Position numbers and translations under genes: made by a program. A stretch of DNA of 64,000 bases from an uncultured Methanosarcinaceae archaeon (GTDB lineage Archaea > Halobacteriota > Methanosarcinia > Methanosarcinales > Methanosarcinaceae), in NCBI GenBank assembly GCA_963847185.1, contig CAWJYV010000008.1, positions 1,024,001-1,088,000 on the forward strand, read 5' to 3'. This document shows, piece by piece, positions 10,100 through 22,234 of the stretch. The notes under the pieces were generated by a model that did not search any database, was not told where the DNA came from, and saw nothing but the letters and a program-made list of their open reading frames with translations. Within the stretch, counting starts at the first letter, position 1; every line of letters begins with the position of its first letter.

Positions 10100-11386
10100 T
10101 CATTCTTCCTTTTTCTTTTCCTCAAAGGCTTCCTTTACGATTTTCATGGCGCAGAGATTTCCGCACATCGAACAGGCATCACTTTCTGTCTTTCGGGCAT
10201 CCCGGATTTTGCGAGCTCTTTCGCCGTCGATTGCGAGTTCAAACTGCTTTTCCCAGTCAAGGTCCCTGCGGGCATAGGCCATTGCTAAGTCTTTTTCCCA
10301 TGCACGTTCTCTTTGACCTTCTTTTATAAGGTCTATGGTGTGAGCTGCAATTTTTGTTACAAGCAGACCTTCTTTGATATCGTCAAGGGTTGGAAGGGCA
10401 AGATGTTCAGAAGGGGTTACCATACAGAGGAAATCCGTACCGTACATTCCTGCGATTGCTCCTCCGATTGCGCCTGTAATGTGGTCAAAGCCAGGGGCAA
10501 TATCGGTAACAAGAGGGCCCAGGAGGTAAAGAGGGGCGTTATTACAGAGTTCCTTCATGCCTCTGACGCTGAGTTCGATCTCATTTAAGGGAACATGGCC
10601 AGGGCCTTCAACAAAAGTCTGGACATTGGCAGCCCTTGCCCGTTTTACAAGTTCTCCAAGCGTAATGAATTCCATGAATTTCGGGCGGTCGGAAGCATCG
10701 GCAATACAGCCAGGACGCATACCATCTCCAAGGCTCAGGGTCATGTCGTATTCTTTTGCGATTTCCATGAGGTAGTCGTATTCTGTGTAAAAGGGATTGT
10801 CTTCCCCGTTGTGCAGCATCCAGGCAAGTGTAAAAGAACCTCCGCGGCTAACGACATTCATTATTCTGTCACTCTGGCGCAGGCGTTCAAGGGAGTTTAA
10901 GTTGATGCCGACATGCACGGTTACAAAGTCCACGCCCTGTTTGGCATGTTTCCTGACAGCATTGAACATGTCATCAGACGTCATTTCCACAACAACTTTG
11001 CTGGAGGCTGCAGCCTGGTAAATCGGAACGGTTCCTACCGGAATGTTTACAGCTTTAAGGATGCGGGTGCGGATTTCATCCAGATCCCCGCCTGTGGAAA
11101 GGTCCATGACTGCATTAGCTCCCAGAGCTTCTGCAGCCTTTGCTTTTTCGACTTCAGCATCAATGTCAATACAGTCCCTGGAAGTTCCTATATTGGCATT
11201 GATCTTTGTGCTCATGTACTTGCCAATCCCGACAGGAAGGGTTTCTCGCCTATCGTTTTTAGGAATGGCAATCAGCCCTTTTGCCACGCAGGAACGGACA
11301 ACTTCGGGATCTATTCCTTCAGTTTTTGCTACGGCTTCTATTGAGGGGGTGATGATTCCCTTCTTTGCATCTTCCATCAGTGTCAT
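10100..11386 (-). CDS. thiC: Phosphomethylpyrimidine synthase ThiC (ThiC/BzaF family radical SAM)
   Basis: [34 protein letters not shown] and C-terminal CSMCGNLC cluster motif. Confidence 0.9.
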   Translation of the reverse strand: MTLMEDAKKGIITPSIEAVAKTEGIDPEVVRSCVAKGLIAIPKNDRRETLPVGIGKYMSTKINANIGTSRDCIDIDAEVEKAKAAEALGANAVMDLSTGGDLDEIRTRILKAVNIPVGTVPIYQAAASSKVVVEMTSDDMFNAVRKHAKQGVDFVTVHVGINLNSLERLRQSDRIMNVVSRGGSFTLAWMLHNGEDNPFYTEYDYLMEIAKEYDMTLSLGDGMRPGCIADASDRPKFMEFITLGELVKRARAANVQTFVEGPGHVPLNEIELSVRGMKELCNNAPLYLLGPLVTDIAPGFDHITGAIGGAIAGMYGTDFLCMVTPSEHLALPTLDDIKEGLLVTKIAAHTIDLIKEGQRERAWEKDLAMAYARRDLDWEKQFELAIDGERARKIRDARKTESDACSMCGNLCAMKIVKEAFEEKKKEE

Positions 11387-12070
11387 TGCTACTCCAGATT
11401 GTTAAGTGGATGAGACATTATAACGCGATATAAATTAGGAAGTACTGATAATAAAAATATGTCAATATTAACAATTGTAATTAAACCGACATATTATATT
11501 GACCCTATTAGAATAAATGGTATAAAGATAAATCGGGGTGTTTAAGTCTCGCAGAGTAGAACAGACAGTACACGGATATATATCTTTTCACATTCGTGAA
11601 GTCATTTTATAAAGTATAAGTAAACAAATATATAAATAATGTAAGCCTATTATGTATCGTGTAGATGTAGAAAAAATTGTGGGATCGATTAAAAAGTAAA
11701 GGATTTTTACAGATAGAAGACCTTATTAAACTGGCGTATACAGAAAAAAAATAAGAAAATGGAAGCTGGAAAGCTTTTCCTTTAAATTTCTCTATATGCT
11801 TTCTTGTGCATATTCTTACACATTTCCTTTGCATTTCTTACATATTTCCTTGAGATTTGTTTGAGATTTATATAATTTTATATATCAAAAATATCTTTAC
11901 CAGATCCCGAAAATGTCTCAAGCTGTTCCCTAAATATTCAACTGATCTCAACCGGATATCAATAATCTAAAAAATATCTTAACCGGATATCAAGATATTC
12001 CAACTAATCCAGAACAACCTTCAAATTATCAAAATTTAGATTATCACAATAACAAGTTAAGGTACTCGAT

Positions 12071-14662
12071 ATGACAGTTGTCGCATTTGCTGAAAAAAAC
12101 AAGGCAGCAGCCCAGATTGCCAGCATCCTGGGCGAAGGGGACGTGGAAAAGATTGTAGTAGAAGGGCTGCCCGCATATGAATTTAAGTGGAAAGGAGAGG
12201 AGTGGGTGGTCATGGGGCTGTCCGGGCATATAATGAATTACGATTTCCCGGAGCAGTACAATAAATGGAGTGATGTTTCCCCAGGAGTACTCCTTGAAGT
12301 TGACCCTGTAAAATTTGTGACAAGAGCAGAGTATGCAGCTGCGATAAAGAGGCTTGCAAAAAGGGCTCACAAGATTATTCTTGCCTGCGACTACGACAGG
12401 GAAGGAGAAAATATAGGGTTTGAAGCAAAAACTCTTGCTGAAGAGGTTACAAATATACCGGTTGCAAGAGCCCGTTTTTCAGCCCTCTCTCCAAAAGAGG
12501 TAAGAAAAGCTTTCGAGAACCTGACAGACCCTGATTATAATATGGCAATGGCTGCAGAGGCAAGGCAGATTCTGGACCTGAAAATGGGCGCAGCTTTCAC
12601 CCGTTTTGTCACGCTGTCTGTCAGGGAAAAGGCAAGGACAAAAGATGTCCTTTCAATTGGCCCCTGCCAGACCCCTACCTGTGGTTTTGTGTACGAGAGA
12701 GAGAAATCAATTCGGGCTTTTCAGACAAAGGACTTCTGGAAGATTACGGCAATTTTCTCTACAAAAGGCGGCGAATTTGAAGGTATCCACAGGGCTGGAA
12801 ACATCTATGACAAAGAAAAAGCCGCTGAAATCTTCAAAAAGCTGAAAGGAGCAAAAGAAGGGCTTGTTGCAAAAAAGACAGTAAAGGAAACAAAAATTAG
12901 TCCTCCGAACCCGCTTAATACTACTGAATTTCTAAAGCGGGCCTCAAAGTTCCTGGGAATCAGTCCAGAAGTTGCCCTGGAAGTTGCAGAACAGCTCTAC
13001 CTCGCAGGATTTACCAGCTATCCTAGAACAGAGACAAACAAATACGCAGATGACTTTGATTTCAAGTCTCTACTCTTTGATTTTGCGCGGCAGAAAGAAT
13101 ACAAGCCCTTTGCAGAATCTATTCTTGTAGTTCCGATTGTCCCGAAAAATGGGGATAAGGACGCCCACGATCACCCTCCTATCCACCCTATAAAGGCTGC
13201 TTCAAGAAGAGAGATCAGTGCTGCAGTAAATATCCCGCAGGCCCCCGAGGTCTACGACCTTATTGCAAGACACTTCTTAGCAAACCTTATGCCTGCAGCG
13301 GTTTTTGAGAAGACTCACCTCCATATGCTTGTTCAGGAAGATCCTTTTGACTCCTCAGGAACCGTGCTTAAGGATTCAGGCTGGCTCGAAGCCTATCCCT
13401 TCGAAAACAAGAAGGACAAGCTCCTTCCTTTTGTAGAGGAAGGAGAAAAGCTTGACATAAAAAAGTTGAGTAATACAAAATCAAAAACCAGCCCTCCCAA
13501 AAAGTTAACCGAAGCCGAGCTTCTGACCCTTATGGACAAAAACGGAATCGGGACAAAAGCAACAGCTCCGACTCATATTGAGACAAATAAAAAAAGAGGG
13601 TATTTCGAGACCAAAGGAAAGACAATTTCCATTCTTGATATTGGCTTTACCCTTATGGACGGCCTCTCCTGCACGGTGCCGATACTTGTCAGGCCTGAGA
13701 TTAGGGCAAAAATAGAGGCTCTTATACAGGAAGTTGAGGACGGGAAAAAAGAGTTTGAAACCGCCCTTGAGGATGGTACGGCCCTGATTAAAGAGATGTA
13801 CGCCCAGCTTGAAGCAAACAAAAAAGAATTGACTTCAAGCATAGCAGGCACAATAAAGGATGAAGCTGCCCTTGAGGACAAGAAAAACTATATCGGAGCC
13901 TGTAAGGCATGCGGGCATATCCTCAGGATCGTACAGACAGATTCCGGCCGTTTTGTTGGTTGCACAGGCTATCCGGACTGTAAAAACTCGTTTCCTCTGC
14001 CGAAAACCGGAGCTCTTACTATACTCAGGAGCAAGGAATGCAAAAAAGAAGGGGCCGCTGTCCTGAAAGTAGGAAGCAAGTACAACTGGGCTGTAGGTAT
14101 AGGGCCCTGCTTTACATGCGACCTTGAAAAGGAATGTTATCCTCCTGAAACCGTAGGACCCTGCCCTGAATGTGACGGGAGCATGTTCCTGATAACTTTC
14201 AAGGACAATCGCTTCCTGGGCTGTACAAAACGATGCGGGTATACACACTCAGTCCCAAAAACTGGAAAACTGACCCTGCTCGACAAAACCTGCGAAACCT
14301 GCGGCTGGAAGATGTTCAGCTTAAAAGAAGAAGGAGAAGCAGCTTCTGAAGAGAATTTATGTATAAACCGGCGCTGCAAGGAAGGTAGACAATACTGGAG
14401 AAATGCAGGCCCGGGAGCTGATTCCAGATCTCAGGCAAAGGTTTCTGTTAGTTCGGCAGGAAATTCAACGGCAGGCCAGACGACAGGCTCAACTGTTAAT
14501 TCTGGAAAGAGAAGGGCAGCAAGTTCAGTGAGCTCAACAACAGGTTTAAAAGCAGATTCAGCAACAATCCCAACGGCAGGCTCAAGAACAGGCTCGGCAA
14601 CCAGTACAGGAGTAAAAAAGGTTTCAAAAATATCCGGTGAAGGTCGAAAAGAGAATAAATAA
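12071..14662 (+). CDS. topA: Type IA DNA topoisomerase with C-terminal zinc ribbons and Ser/Thr/Lys-rich tail
   Basis: TOPRIM AEK and ACDYDREGE, catalytic SYPRTE, GIGTKAT, repeated CxxC ribbons. Confidence 0.93.
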   Translation: MTVVAFAEKNKAAAQIASILGEGDVEKIVVEGLPAYEFKWKGEEWVVMGLSGHIMNYDFPEQYNKWSDVSPGVLLEVDPVKFVTRAEYAAAIKRLAKRAHKIILACDYDREGENIGFEAKTLAEEVTNIPVARARFSALSPKEVRKAFENLTDPDYNMAMAAEARQILDLKMGAAFTRFVTLSVREKARTKDVLSIGPCQTPTCGFVYEREKSIRAFQTKDFWKITAIFSTKGGEFEGIHRAGNIYDKEKAAEIFKKLKGAKEGLVAKKTVKETKISPPNPLNTTEFLKRASKFLGISPEVALEVAEQLYLAGFTSYPRTETNKYADDFDFKSLLFDFARQKEYKPFAESILVVPIVPKNGDKDAHDHPPIHPIKAASRREISAAVNIPQAPEVYDLIARHFLANLMPAAVFEKTHLHMLVQEDPFDSSGTVLKDSGWLEAYPFENKKDKLLPFVEEGEKLDIKKLSNTKSKTSPPKKLTEAELLTLMDKNGIGTKATAPTHIETNKKRGYFETKGKTISILDIGFTLMDGLSCTVPILVRPEIRAKIEALIQEVEDGKKEFETALEDGTALIKEMYAQLEANKKELTSSIAGTIKDEAALEDKKNYIGACKACGHILRIVQTDSGRFVGCTGYPDCKNSFPLPKTGALTILRSKECKKEGAAVLKVGSKYNWAVGIGPCFTCDLEKECYPPETVGPCPECDGSMFLITFKDNRFLGCTKRCGYTHSVPKTGKLTLLDKTCETCGWKMFSLKEEGEAASEENLCINRRCKEGRQYWRNAGPGADSRSQAKVSVSSAGNSTAGQTTGSTVNSGKRRAASSVSSTTGLKADSATIPTAGSRTGSATSTGVKKVSKISGEGRKENK

Positions 14663-15062
14663 ACATATAAAAATAGATGCCTGGTGATTAAACAGTTGAT
14701 ACTACTCCCAGGGAGCATGAATAGCATCCTGGGTCTTTCTTGTTCCATGCACACTCCGGGCATCTAAATTTTTGTTCAAAGCACTTTCTAATCCTGTTCT
14801 CTTCAATGCTTGATTTTATATTTATATATGAAAATAATTCTAGAGTTTTAATTTAATGCTCTTAAGTTCTTATGTAGCTCGTTTTAAGGACTAGGGTATT
14901 TTTCGCTATATAGGCATCCAAAAAAGTTATCGGGAAGGCTAAAGAAAATGAACATAAGAAACAACATGTTGGAGTAAAGAATACTTAGAGGTAATTCCAA
15001 GCAAAAAGAAGAAAAGTAAGGAGAGATAAGAAGAGACAAAATTATAAATCTACTATCATTTT

Positions 15063-15147
15063 GCGAGGGTCGCCCAGCCCGGTCAAAGGCGCCAGACTTA
15101 AGATCTGGTATCGAAGGATTTCGTGGGTTCGAATCCCATCCCTCGCA
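15063..15147 (+). tRNA. tRNA-Leu (TAA)
   Basis: Acceptor GCGAGGG/CCCTCGC, anticodon arm CCAGA-CTTAAGA-TCTGG, long variable arm, GTTCGAATC T-loop. Confidence 0.96.
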
Positions 15148-15184
15148 CTAACTTTTTTACATCGAACTTTCGATTTTGCCTTTT

Positions 15185-17693
15185 TTACTTCTTTTTATAC
15201 AGGAGTACTGCAAGCAAACCGGCTACTCCGTAATATATTTCAAAGTCTGGTGTACTCAAGATTTCTTTTTGTTCATTTTGTGGTTCTTTATTCGTTGTAT
15301 TGTTTTTATTAATTGTTTCAGGGTAATCAATCTCTGTTTTCGTTACAGTATCTTCAGGTGATGGTTTTGCTGTACCCGTTATAGCAAATGAAGAGAATCC
15401 TGAAGTTTTGGCTGTGAAATACAGGAATTTGTCATCTTCTCCTGACAGGTTTACTGGGAATTGCTCCCATTTTTTCTCGCTGTATCTGTCAAGAATAATA
15501 GAATCTTGATCGATCATTTTGTCCTTTATCCAGGATTTTTCAATCTTGAAACAGACGACTGGATTTTCTATGTTCTTAGAGGTTGCAACTCCTCCGTTTC
15601 CGACCCAGACATTAAACGACTTGTAAACCTCTCCAGAGGGTAGTTCGGGAACCAGAGTTGACTTTCCTTTCAGCATCTCTACAATAGTCGTGGTTTTACC
15701 AAAAGTTTTCGTTGAATCAAAGCTCACATACACGACACAGGTTGCATTCTTCGTGAAATCAAACTTTACAGTTTTTCCATTTGTAATAAACGCCTGTGAA
15801 AGTTCCTTTACCTGAACATTTCTTGAAGATTCTGGGGAACCGCCTGCACCACCTCCACTGGAACTACTATGGCTGCTTCCATCACTTGAGCTGCTTGGTG
15901 TAAGTACATTTATTGTAGAAAGTTTTGAGGCAGTTCCATTTGCGTTACTTACAGTCAGGTTGACAGTATAAGTTCCAGCATTTGCGTATATATAAACTGG
16001 ATTTATGTCACTGGAGTCAGACTGTCCATCGCCATTGAAGTCCCAGGTCCTTGAAGTTGCTTTCTGGGAAAGATCATTAAACTGCATTATCAGGGGAGCA
16101 TAACCCTCGGTAACGTTGCTACTGAAGTTTGCAACCGGAGTGTTTGGATCAGTAACAACTATGTAGCCTGGCCTTGACGTTGTATTGTTCCCTATAATGT
16201 TTCCCACGGTTAGACTAATTGTATAATTTCCTGGTTTCGTAAAAGTGTGAACTGTAGCCGAATCTTTTGAATCGGTACCATCGCTAAAATCCCAATACCA
16301 AGACGTAGGTTCTTCGACTTTACTTGTAGCCCCGCCTTTACTTGTAGCAGCGAATAACACCGTTAGAGGCGCTGTTCCAGAGGTTACATTAGTAGAAAAA
16401 TCTGCCACTGGTGCTTGTGGGGGAGTCACAGTAATATAATTCGGTTTCGTTATTGTGCTATTGCCTGCTTCATTTGCCACTGTTAAAGTAACGTTATACA
16501 CCCCTGGATTCGTAAAAGTGTGAGTTGCATTCGTAGCATGCTTTGAATTGATACCGTCTCCGGTGTCCCAATACCAGGAAGTTGGTACTCCACCAGTGCT
16601 GAGATCCGTGAATCGTACAACTAAAGGTAGAGTTCCAGAAGTTACGTTCGCGGTAAATTCAGCTACTGGTGGCAAGATGTTTGTGGCAGAAAGATCACTT
16701 ATATAGATGCCATTATCATTAACCCCACCATAAGCTACCTTCTATTCCCCATACAATAGTATCATTGTAGATGTCAGGTGTTGTGGAAGTCCCTTCTGGA
16801 TAAATATAGACTGGCGTGCTTTTTGCTGTAGGAATATCATAAACGTATACACCCGTATAACCAAATTGGTCATCGCCAGATTTTGAATATACGATTTTAT
16901 CCCCGTTTATGTCAACGTGAGTGCCGGTGTCGTCTCCAGCGTCAGCATATGAATTTGCGTATTCAGGTAAGGTATTACCTGTATTATCACTGGTGACATC
17001 TATAGTTTCTTTTGTATCGATGTTATACATCGAAATGTATCCCATTCTGGTGTAGAAGTCCGACCATATAACTTTGTTACCATAAATGTGTGGTCGGTAA
17101 AGATTACCGTCACGATGTCGGGCTAATATAGTCTCATTAGTGAGAATATCATATACATAGATACCTTCCGCGTCAATACCGTCATAAGAATATGCTATCC
17201 TGGTATCGTATATGTCCGGGTCCGTACCATCTGTCACTCTAGTCTGTGTGGATGTAGATATGTCCCGCATATATACTCCACCGTTTGCACTCCACACAAT
17301 TCTGTTGCCGTAAATAGCAGGTTTGCTCCAGCTGTCCACATCCTTTGTTATATACGTTTTTGCGGCAGTTGATATGTCATAAACCGTAAATCTTGGCACT
17401 CCACTGCTTTCATCATACCAAACTAATTTGTTACCGTAAATAGCTGGATGAGATGCTGCAGAAGAATCAACTGCAGTATCTGTTTTCGAGGTCAAATCAT
17501 AAACGTGAATAACACCACTGTCTGTCCATACCACTTTGTTATCATAGACAGCAGGATCAGATCCATTACCAATTCTCGTCACCTGTGCCGCTACCTGTGC
17601 CGCTGACGCCACGGATGAAATTAAAATCGAAAATACAAAAATCAAGGTTGCTGAAGCTAAGGCTATTGAATGTAACTTTTGCTTATCTTTCAT
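15185..17693 (-). CDS. Cell-surface protein: signal peptide, Methanosarcina beta-propeller, 3 PKD domains, PGF-pre-PGF domain, PGF-CTERM-like anchor; split by a +1 frameshift at ~16733
   Basis: ORFs 16719-17693 and 15185-16675 join as ...WGIEGS/YGGVNDNGIYISDLSATNILPPVAEF if one T is removed. PKD W.WDF.DG motifs; tail TPDF-TM-YKKK. Confidence 0.85.
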
Positions 17694-17852
17694 TTATTCC
17701 CTCTACCCCCTAAAAATTAATAGAATGTTATTACTGAATATATCCTAATATTCTTTATACGTATTGTTTCGCTTCAATTATGACGTTTCTGGCATCTGAG
17801 TTTCTCCTACGATTCTTTATACTCATCAAGCCATATTTTCTATTGATCTTCC

Positions 17853-18314
17853 ATGCTTGAAGAATATGAGAAGAAGAGACACTTCAAAAAGACGCCTGAG
17901 CCGCTTGCAAGTGATTTGAACGGAAATTCTGATAAGCCGATTTTTGTAGTTCAGCGGCATGATGCACGGAATCTCCATTATGATTTTCGCCTTGAGATGG
18001 ATGGGGTTTTGAAAAGCTGGGCCGTACCAAAAGAGCCGCCAAAAAAGGCAGGCGTAAAAAGGCTTGCCATCCAGACAGAAGACCATCCTCTGGCATATGC
18101 TGATTTTGAAGGGGAGATTCCCGAAGGAGAATATGGAGCCGGAAAGGTGGAGATCTGGGATAAAGGGACTTTTGAGCTTCTGAAGCGTGAAGATAAAGAA
18201 ATTGTTGTAACGCTTCATGGGGAAGAGTTGAAAGGAGATTACGTTTTAATAAGGACAAAATATGGGAAAGAAGAAAAAGGATGGCTTCTGTTTAAAAGAG
18301 TTACTGATATGTGA
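17853..18314 (+). CDS. Stand-alone LigD-type DNA 3'-phosphoesterase (PE domain)
   Basis: Y..KR.F.KTPEP, FVVQRHDARNLHYDFRLE, SWAVPK, EDHPLAY, YGAG.V.IWD.G. Confidence 0.92.
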   Translation: MLEEYEKKRHFKKTPEPLASDLNGNSDKPIFVVQRHDARNLHYDFRLEMDGVLKSWAVPKEPPKKAGVKRLAIQTEDHPLAYADFEGEIPEGEYGAGKVEIWDKGTFELLKREDKEIVVTLHGEELKGDYVLIRTKYGKEEKGWLLFKRVTDM

Positions 18315-18357
18315 AAACCAGATTTTTCGGTTTAAACCTTGGACTTTTTAAACCATT

Positions 18358-18744
18358 ATGAGAATAAACAATATGGGAATGCCTATGGAAGAACAAATAA
18401 AAATCATAGTTATGGAAACTGCTGGAGATGATTGCTGTGTTGCTGCCTGTGACGGCCAGAAGGTTCACGACAGAATTGAGGCTGCTCTCTGCGAGAAGAA
18501 GAAGGTGGAACTTTCTTTTTCAGGAATAGACGACCTGACTCCTGCCTTTTTGAATGCGGCAGTGGGACAGCTTTACGGGTGCTTTCCTCCAGAGCTAATT
18601 GAGAGTAGTCTCTCGTTTACTGACATTTCCGAGGAAGATGAAGTTATTCTTAAAAGGGTACTCGAGAGGGCAAAAACCTATATTGAGAACGCATCTTCCT
18701 GCAGAAAAGCCCTCAGGGACGTGCTGGGAGGCGAAGATGCCTGA
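18358..18744 (+). CDS. STAS-like domain protein (DUF4325)
   Basis: GQKV...I...L....VELSFSGIDDLTPAFLNAAVGQLY motif. Confidence 0.8.
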   Translation: MRINNMGMPMEEQIKIIVMETAGDDCCVAACDGQKVHDRIEAALCEKKKVELSFSGIDDLTPAFLNAAVGQLYGCFPPELIESSLSFTDISEEDEVILKRVLERAKTYIENASSCRKALRDVLGGEDA

Positions 18745-19375
18745 AAGAGCGAGTTTCCATCGGGCAACCGTATTTCCGGTAGTGCGCCGCCCTAGAATTG
18801 TTCCTGGCAGACCTATACGCGCAAAACCCGCTCCTGTAAAAATCCATTCTATAGAGAACTATGACTTTCCCGAAGAGAAGAATTATTTCTTTGATACCAA
18901 TATCTGGCTCTATATTTACGGCCCTATTGGCTGGCCTGATGAGAAGTCTGATATTTATTCCAGGGCATTAAAAAGGATCAGGGACTCAAGAGGCACAATC
19001 TATATAAATTGCCTGATACTTTCAGAATTTATCAATACTTTCTCAAGAATAGAGTTCAAGCAGCAGTCCGACATTACGAGATACAAAGATTTTCGAAACT
19101 CCCTTGCCTACAGGGGCATTGCCCAGGATATCGCCTCAAACATAAGAAAAATTCTCAGAAGCACCCTGACCTGCGACCCTGAAATGCAAGTCATAGACCT
19201 CCCTGCAGTTATGGACCTCTTCGAGCAGGGAAAATATGATTTCAATGACCTCCTCTTCGCCCAGATCTGTAGCGCAAAAAATATGGTCTTCGTAACCCAT
19301 GACAGAGATTTCAGCGAACTCGGAGTCGAGATCCTGACCGCAAACGAAAGGCTGATGGGTAAAGGAAAAGGATAA
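18737..19375 (+). CDS. PIN-domain protein (VapC-like ribonuclease)
   Basis: YFFDTNIW, ILSEF, DFND, VTHDRDF acidic tetrad. ATG at 18737 overlaps the end of the STAS gene. Confidence 0.85.
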   Translation: MPERASFHRATVFPVVRRPRIVPGRPIRAKPAPVKIHSIENYDFPEEKNYFFDTNIWLYIYGPIGWPDEKSDIYSRALKRIRDSRGTIYINCLILSEFINTFSRIEFKQQSDITRYKDFRNSLAYRGIAQDIASNIRKILRSTLTCDPEMQVIDLPAVMDLFEQGKYDFNDLLFAQICSAKNMVFVTHDRDFSELGVEILTANERLMGKGKG

Positions 19376-19516
19376 AAACTGAAGGATAAAGGAAAAGACT
19401 GAAGATTTAAGCTCCTCACTTTTCAGATTTCAGCCTCAAAGCAGATTTTAGGACTTCTTCAAAAAGAAATGGAGAGCCGACGACAGGTATAATTATCCAG
19501 ATTCCGATTTACTTAT

Positions 19517-21845
19517 ATGTCCAGACAGGCAATAGATACTGCTATTCGAATTTTAAACATTATCCCTTCCCTGATTGAAAAAGAAGATTACATTCAGGCT
19601 TTTGAAAAGGCCGACAAAGCCCAGAAGCTTGCGGAAAAAGCAAATGTTCCGGACCTCGTTAGCTGGGCGCTGATGGCAAAGGGTGAGATCCTTGACGCTT
19701 CCTGCAGGCTGGAGGAAGCTGTGGAGACTTATGAGAAGGCTCTGGATCTTTCCTCAGATCTGTTTTTCGAAGATATGGAAAAGACCAGCCACCAGGAAAT
19801 CCTGTACAGTAACATCGACCAGCTTGGAAAAACGCTTGAAGAATTAGACAGCGTTGCAAAAGCCCGGCAGGCTTGCAAAAAGGCCGGGAAAATTTTTGAA
19901 AAAATTCATACCGCGTATAAAAATCTGCTCTCAAAGAACCCTGAAAATTCGGAATATCTCTCCAATTACCTGAAAACAATGGAAAATATCTGGGTATGTT
20001 ATAATATAGCAGAAGACCTTGAAAAACAAATTACTCTTGTACCGGACATCGTGAAGAACTGTGAAAAAATAATTGAATCAGACCCGGAAGATGTGGAAAA
20101 TTACCTCAGGATGGACAATATTGTAAGAAGGACTGGAGAAGCTTGCCTGGAAAAAGGACTATTCGAAGAGGCAAAAAACACTTACGAACAGGTGTATGCT
20201 GTTTATAAAAATATCTACGAAAAATATCCGGAAAACAAACTTGCCCTTAATTTCCTGCTTTTCTCTCACGACTATTTAGGGAAACTTTATGCAAAAACTG
20301 AAGAAATTGATAAAGTTAAATACTACTATTCAGTGGCCCTTGAACTTGCTGAAGAGCACCTCCAAAAAGATCCTGAAGACTTTTCAATTATCATGAACCA
20401 GGGAAAAATTTACCGGGACATGGGGACTTTATATTCCGATTCAGAAGAGTTAGAAAAGGCAGAATTCTACTACGAAAAAGCCCTGGAAAATAATACTAAA
20501 CTTATCGGAAAGCGTCCTGAAGATCCGGGGTACAGCTACCGCCTTGTCGAGATATTTGACGAGCTTGCTGAAAATTTCATGGATATTTCCATTGTGGAAA
20601 AAGCAAAGGAATGCTATATGAAGGAAATAGAAATCTATGAATCTCTGATAGAATCTGAAATTGATGAGGTGGATAATGAGCTGAATATAGCCGAGACATT
20701 TGCCCACATTGCTAATCTCTATGCTGAAAATGATGATCCGGAAAGTGCAAAAGAGTACTATGAAAAAGAAATGGAGATATACAAAAAGCTTCTTTCCGAA
20801 TCCCCAGAAGAAACGGATTATGAACTCTATATTGCAGAAACCTTCAATGAACTTGGAGATCTTTATTTCGGAGATGATGAAATTTCTGCACTGCAGTACT
20901 ACGAAAAAGCTCTTGAAATTACTGGTAAAGCAGTAGAACGGGCTCCGGAAGACTTTCTCTCCCTATCGGATCATATTAAAACCCTAATGAATATTGCAGA
21001 GCTGAATAAGATCCATAAGCATTATGAAGACCTCAATTCTTTTTCAGCAGCGTGTACTCGAATTCCAACTTGAGATTACAAAAAGATTTCCAAAGGACTG
21101 GACCCATATACGTGACCTTGGAAATACCTTCAGCGAACTCGGAGTTCTTTTCGAAAATGTTGGCGATTTGAAGCAGGCAAAGCGTTTTCATTTAAATGCC
21201 GTAGAGACGTTTTCAGAAGTCATGTTTGGCAGGGAAAGTTCTTCCACAAGAAGACGCATGGCTACTGAAGTTCAGCTGCGTGGTTTTGGCTACCTGCGTT
21301 CCAAAAAATATCTGAGTGCCGAACCCTACCTGAGACTTGCCCATAAATACTACGAAGAAGCCTGTGAAGAGGAACCCGAGAATTCCCGCAATCTTAATGG
21401 CCTCTTTTCTGCCCTTTATGATATAGGTCTCCTGCATCATGGAATGGAAAACTTCGAAGAAGCCATTGAAAGCTACAAAGCCGCATTTTTAGTCCTTGAA
21501 AGGTTGACTGAAGCTTCTCCTGAAGAATCAGAATTGAAGGCTAAGAAACTGGACCTGTATGTAGGGTTTGGGGTATCTTATTCTGCCCTTAAAGAGTTCG
21601 AAAAGTCAAAAGATGCCTTTGAAAAAGCCCTTGCCATAAATACAGAACTCCGTGAAAAAGAACCTGAAAGCGTTTATCACCTTGAAGATAAAGCCAAAAT
21701 TTTAAAAGAATATGCAAACCTGCTCCTTAAAACAGGCAAAACTGCAGAAGCCGAAGCGTATAAAGCAGAGTCTGCAGATCTATACAAAGAAGTCGATGCT
21801 AAGGACCCAATCCTCATGAAATTCCGAAACATAGATGATATTTAA
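19517..21845 (+). CDS. Large tetratricopeptide-repeat protein, split by a +1 frameshift at ~21031
   Basis: Repeated LG.LY...A..YYEKAL TPR motifs in both ORFs. Removing one C gives ...HYED-SILFQQRVLE. Confidence 0.85.
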
Positions 21846-22234
21846 GGTAAAATGATATTTAAGGTAAATAAGCATCAGGATGTTTTTACATCCTTTCTTT
21901 TCTTTTTTCCTGTTCAACTCCAAGGTAAAGCTCGGTAGCTTCTTTAATTTTACTCTTTAATTCATCAAGTGTCTTTACCTGCATGTAACATCCCGGAAGC
22001 TCAGGTACAGAAGCTACATAAACTTTCTTTGTCCTGTTCAATGATAATAGTGAACTCTTTTATTATAAATTTCTGACTTGCTGATATTTTCTGAATAAAA
22101 TCCTACTGATTTATTTGTGAGATTGTCTATATACGTGGAGAGTAACTTATTGTTTTTCTAACAACAATAAGGATATTGGAAAGATATTGAAAAATATAGT
22201 CCTGGGAAAAATATTTTTTAAAGTAGTGATATTA

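Noticed and set aside
11390-11460. Near-palindrome TTATAACGCGATATAA upstream of thiC as a thiamine-regulator site or riboswitch
   Set aside because: It overlaps the likely TATA box, there is no matching motif upstream of thi4, and no TPP-riboswitch consensus is visible.
15061-15361. Short ORFs over tRNA-Leu and the end of the surface-protein gene
   Set aside because: They overlap a confident tRNA and an antisense CDS.
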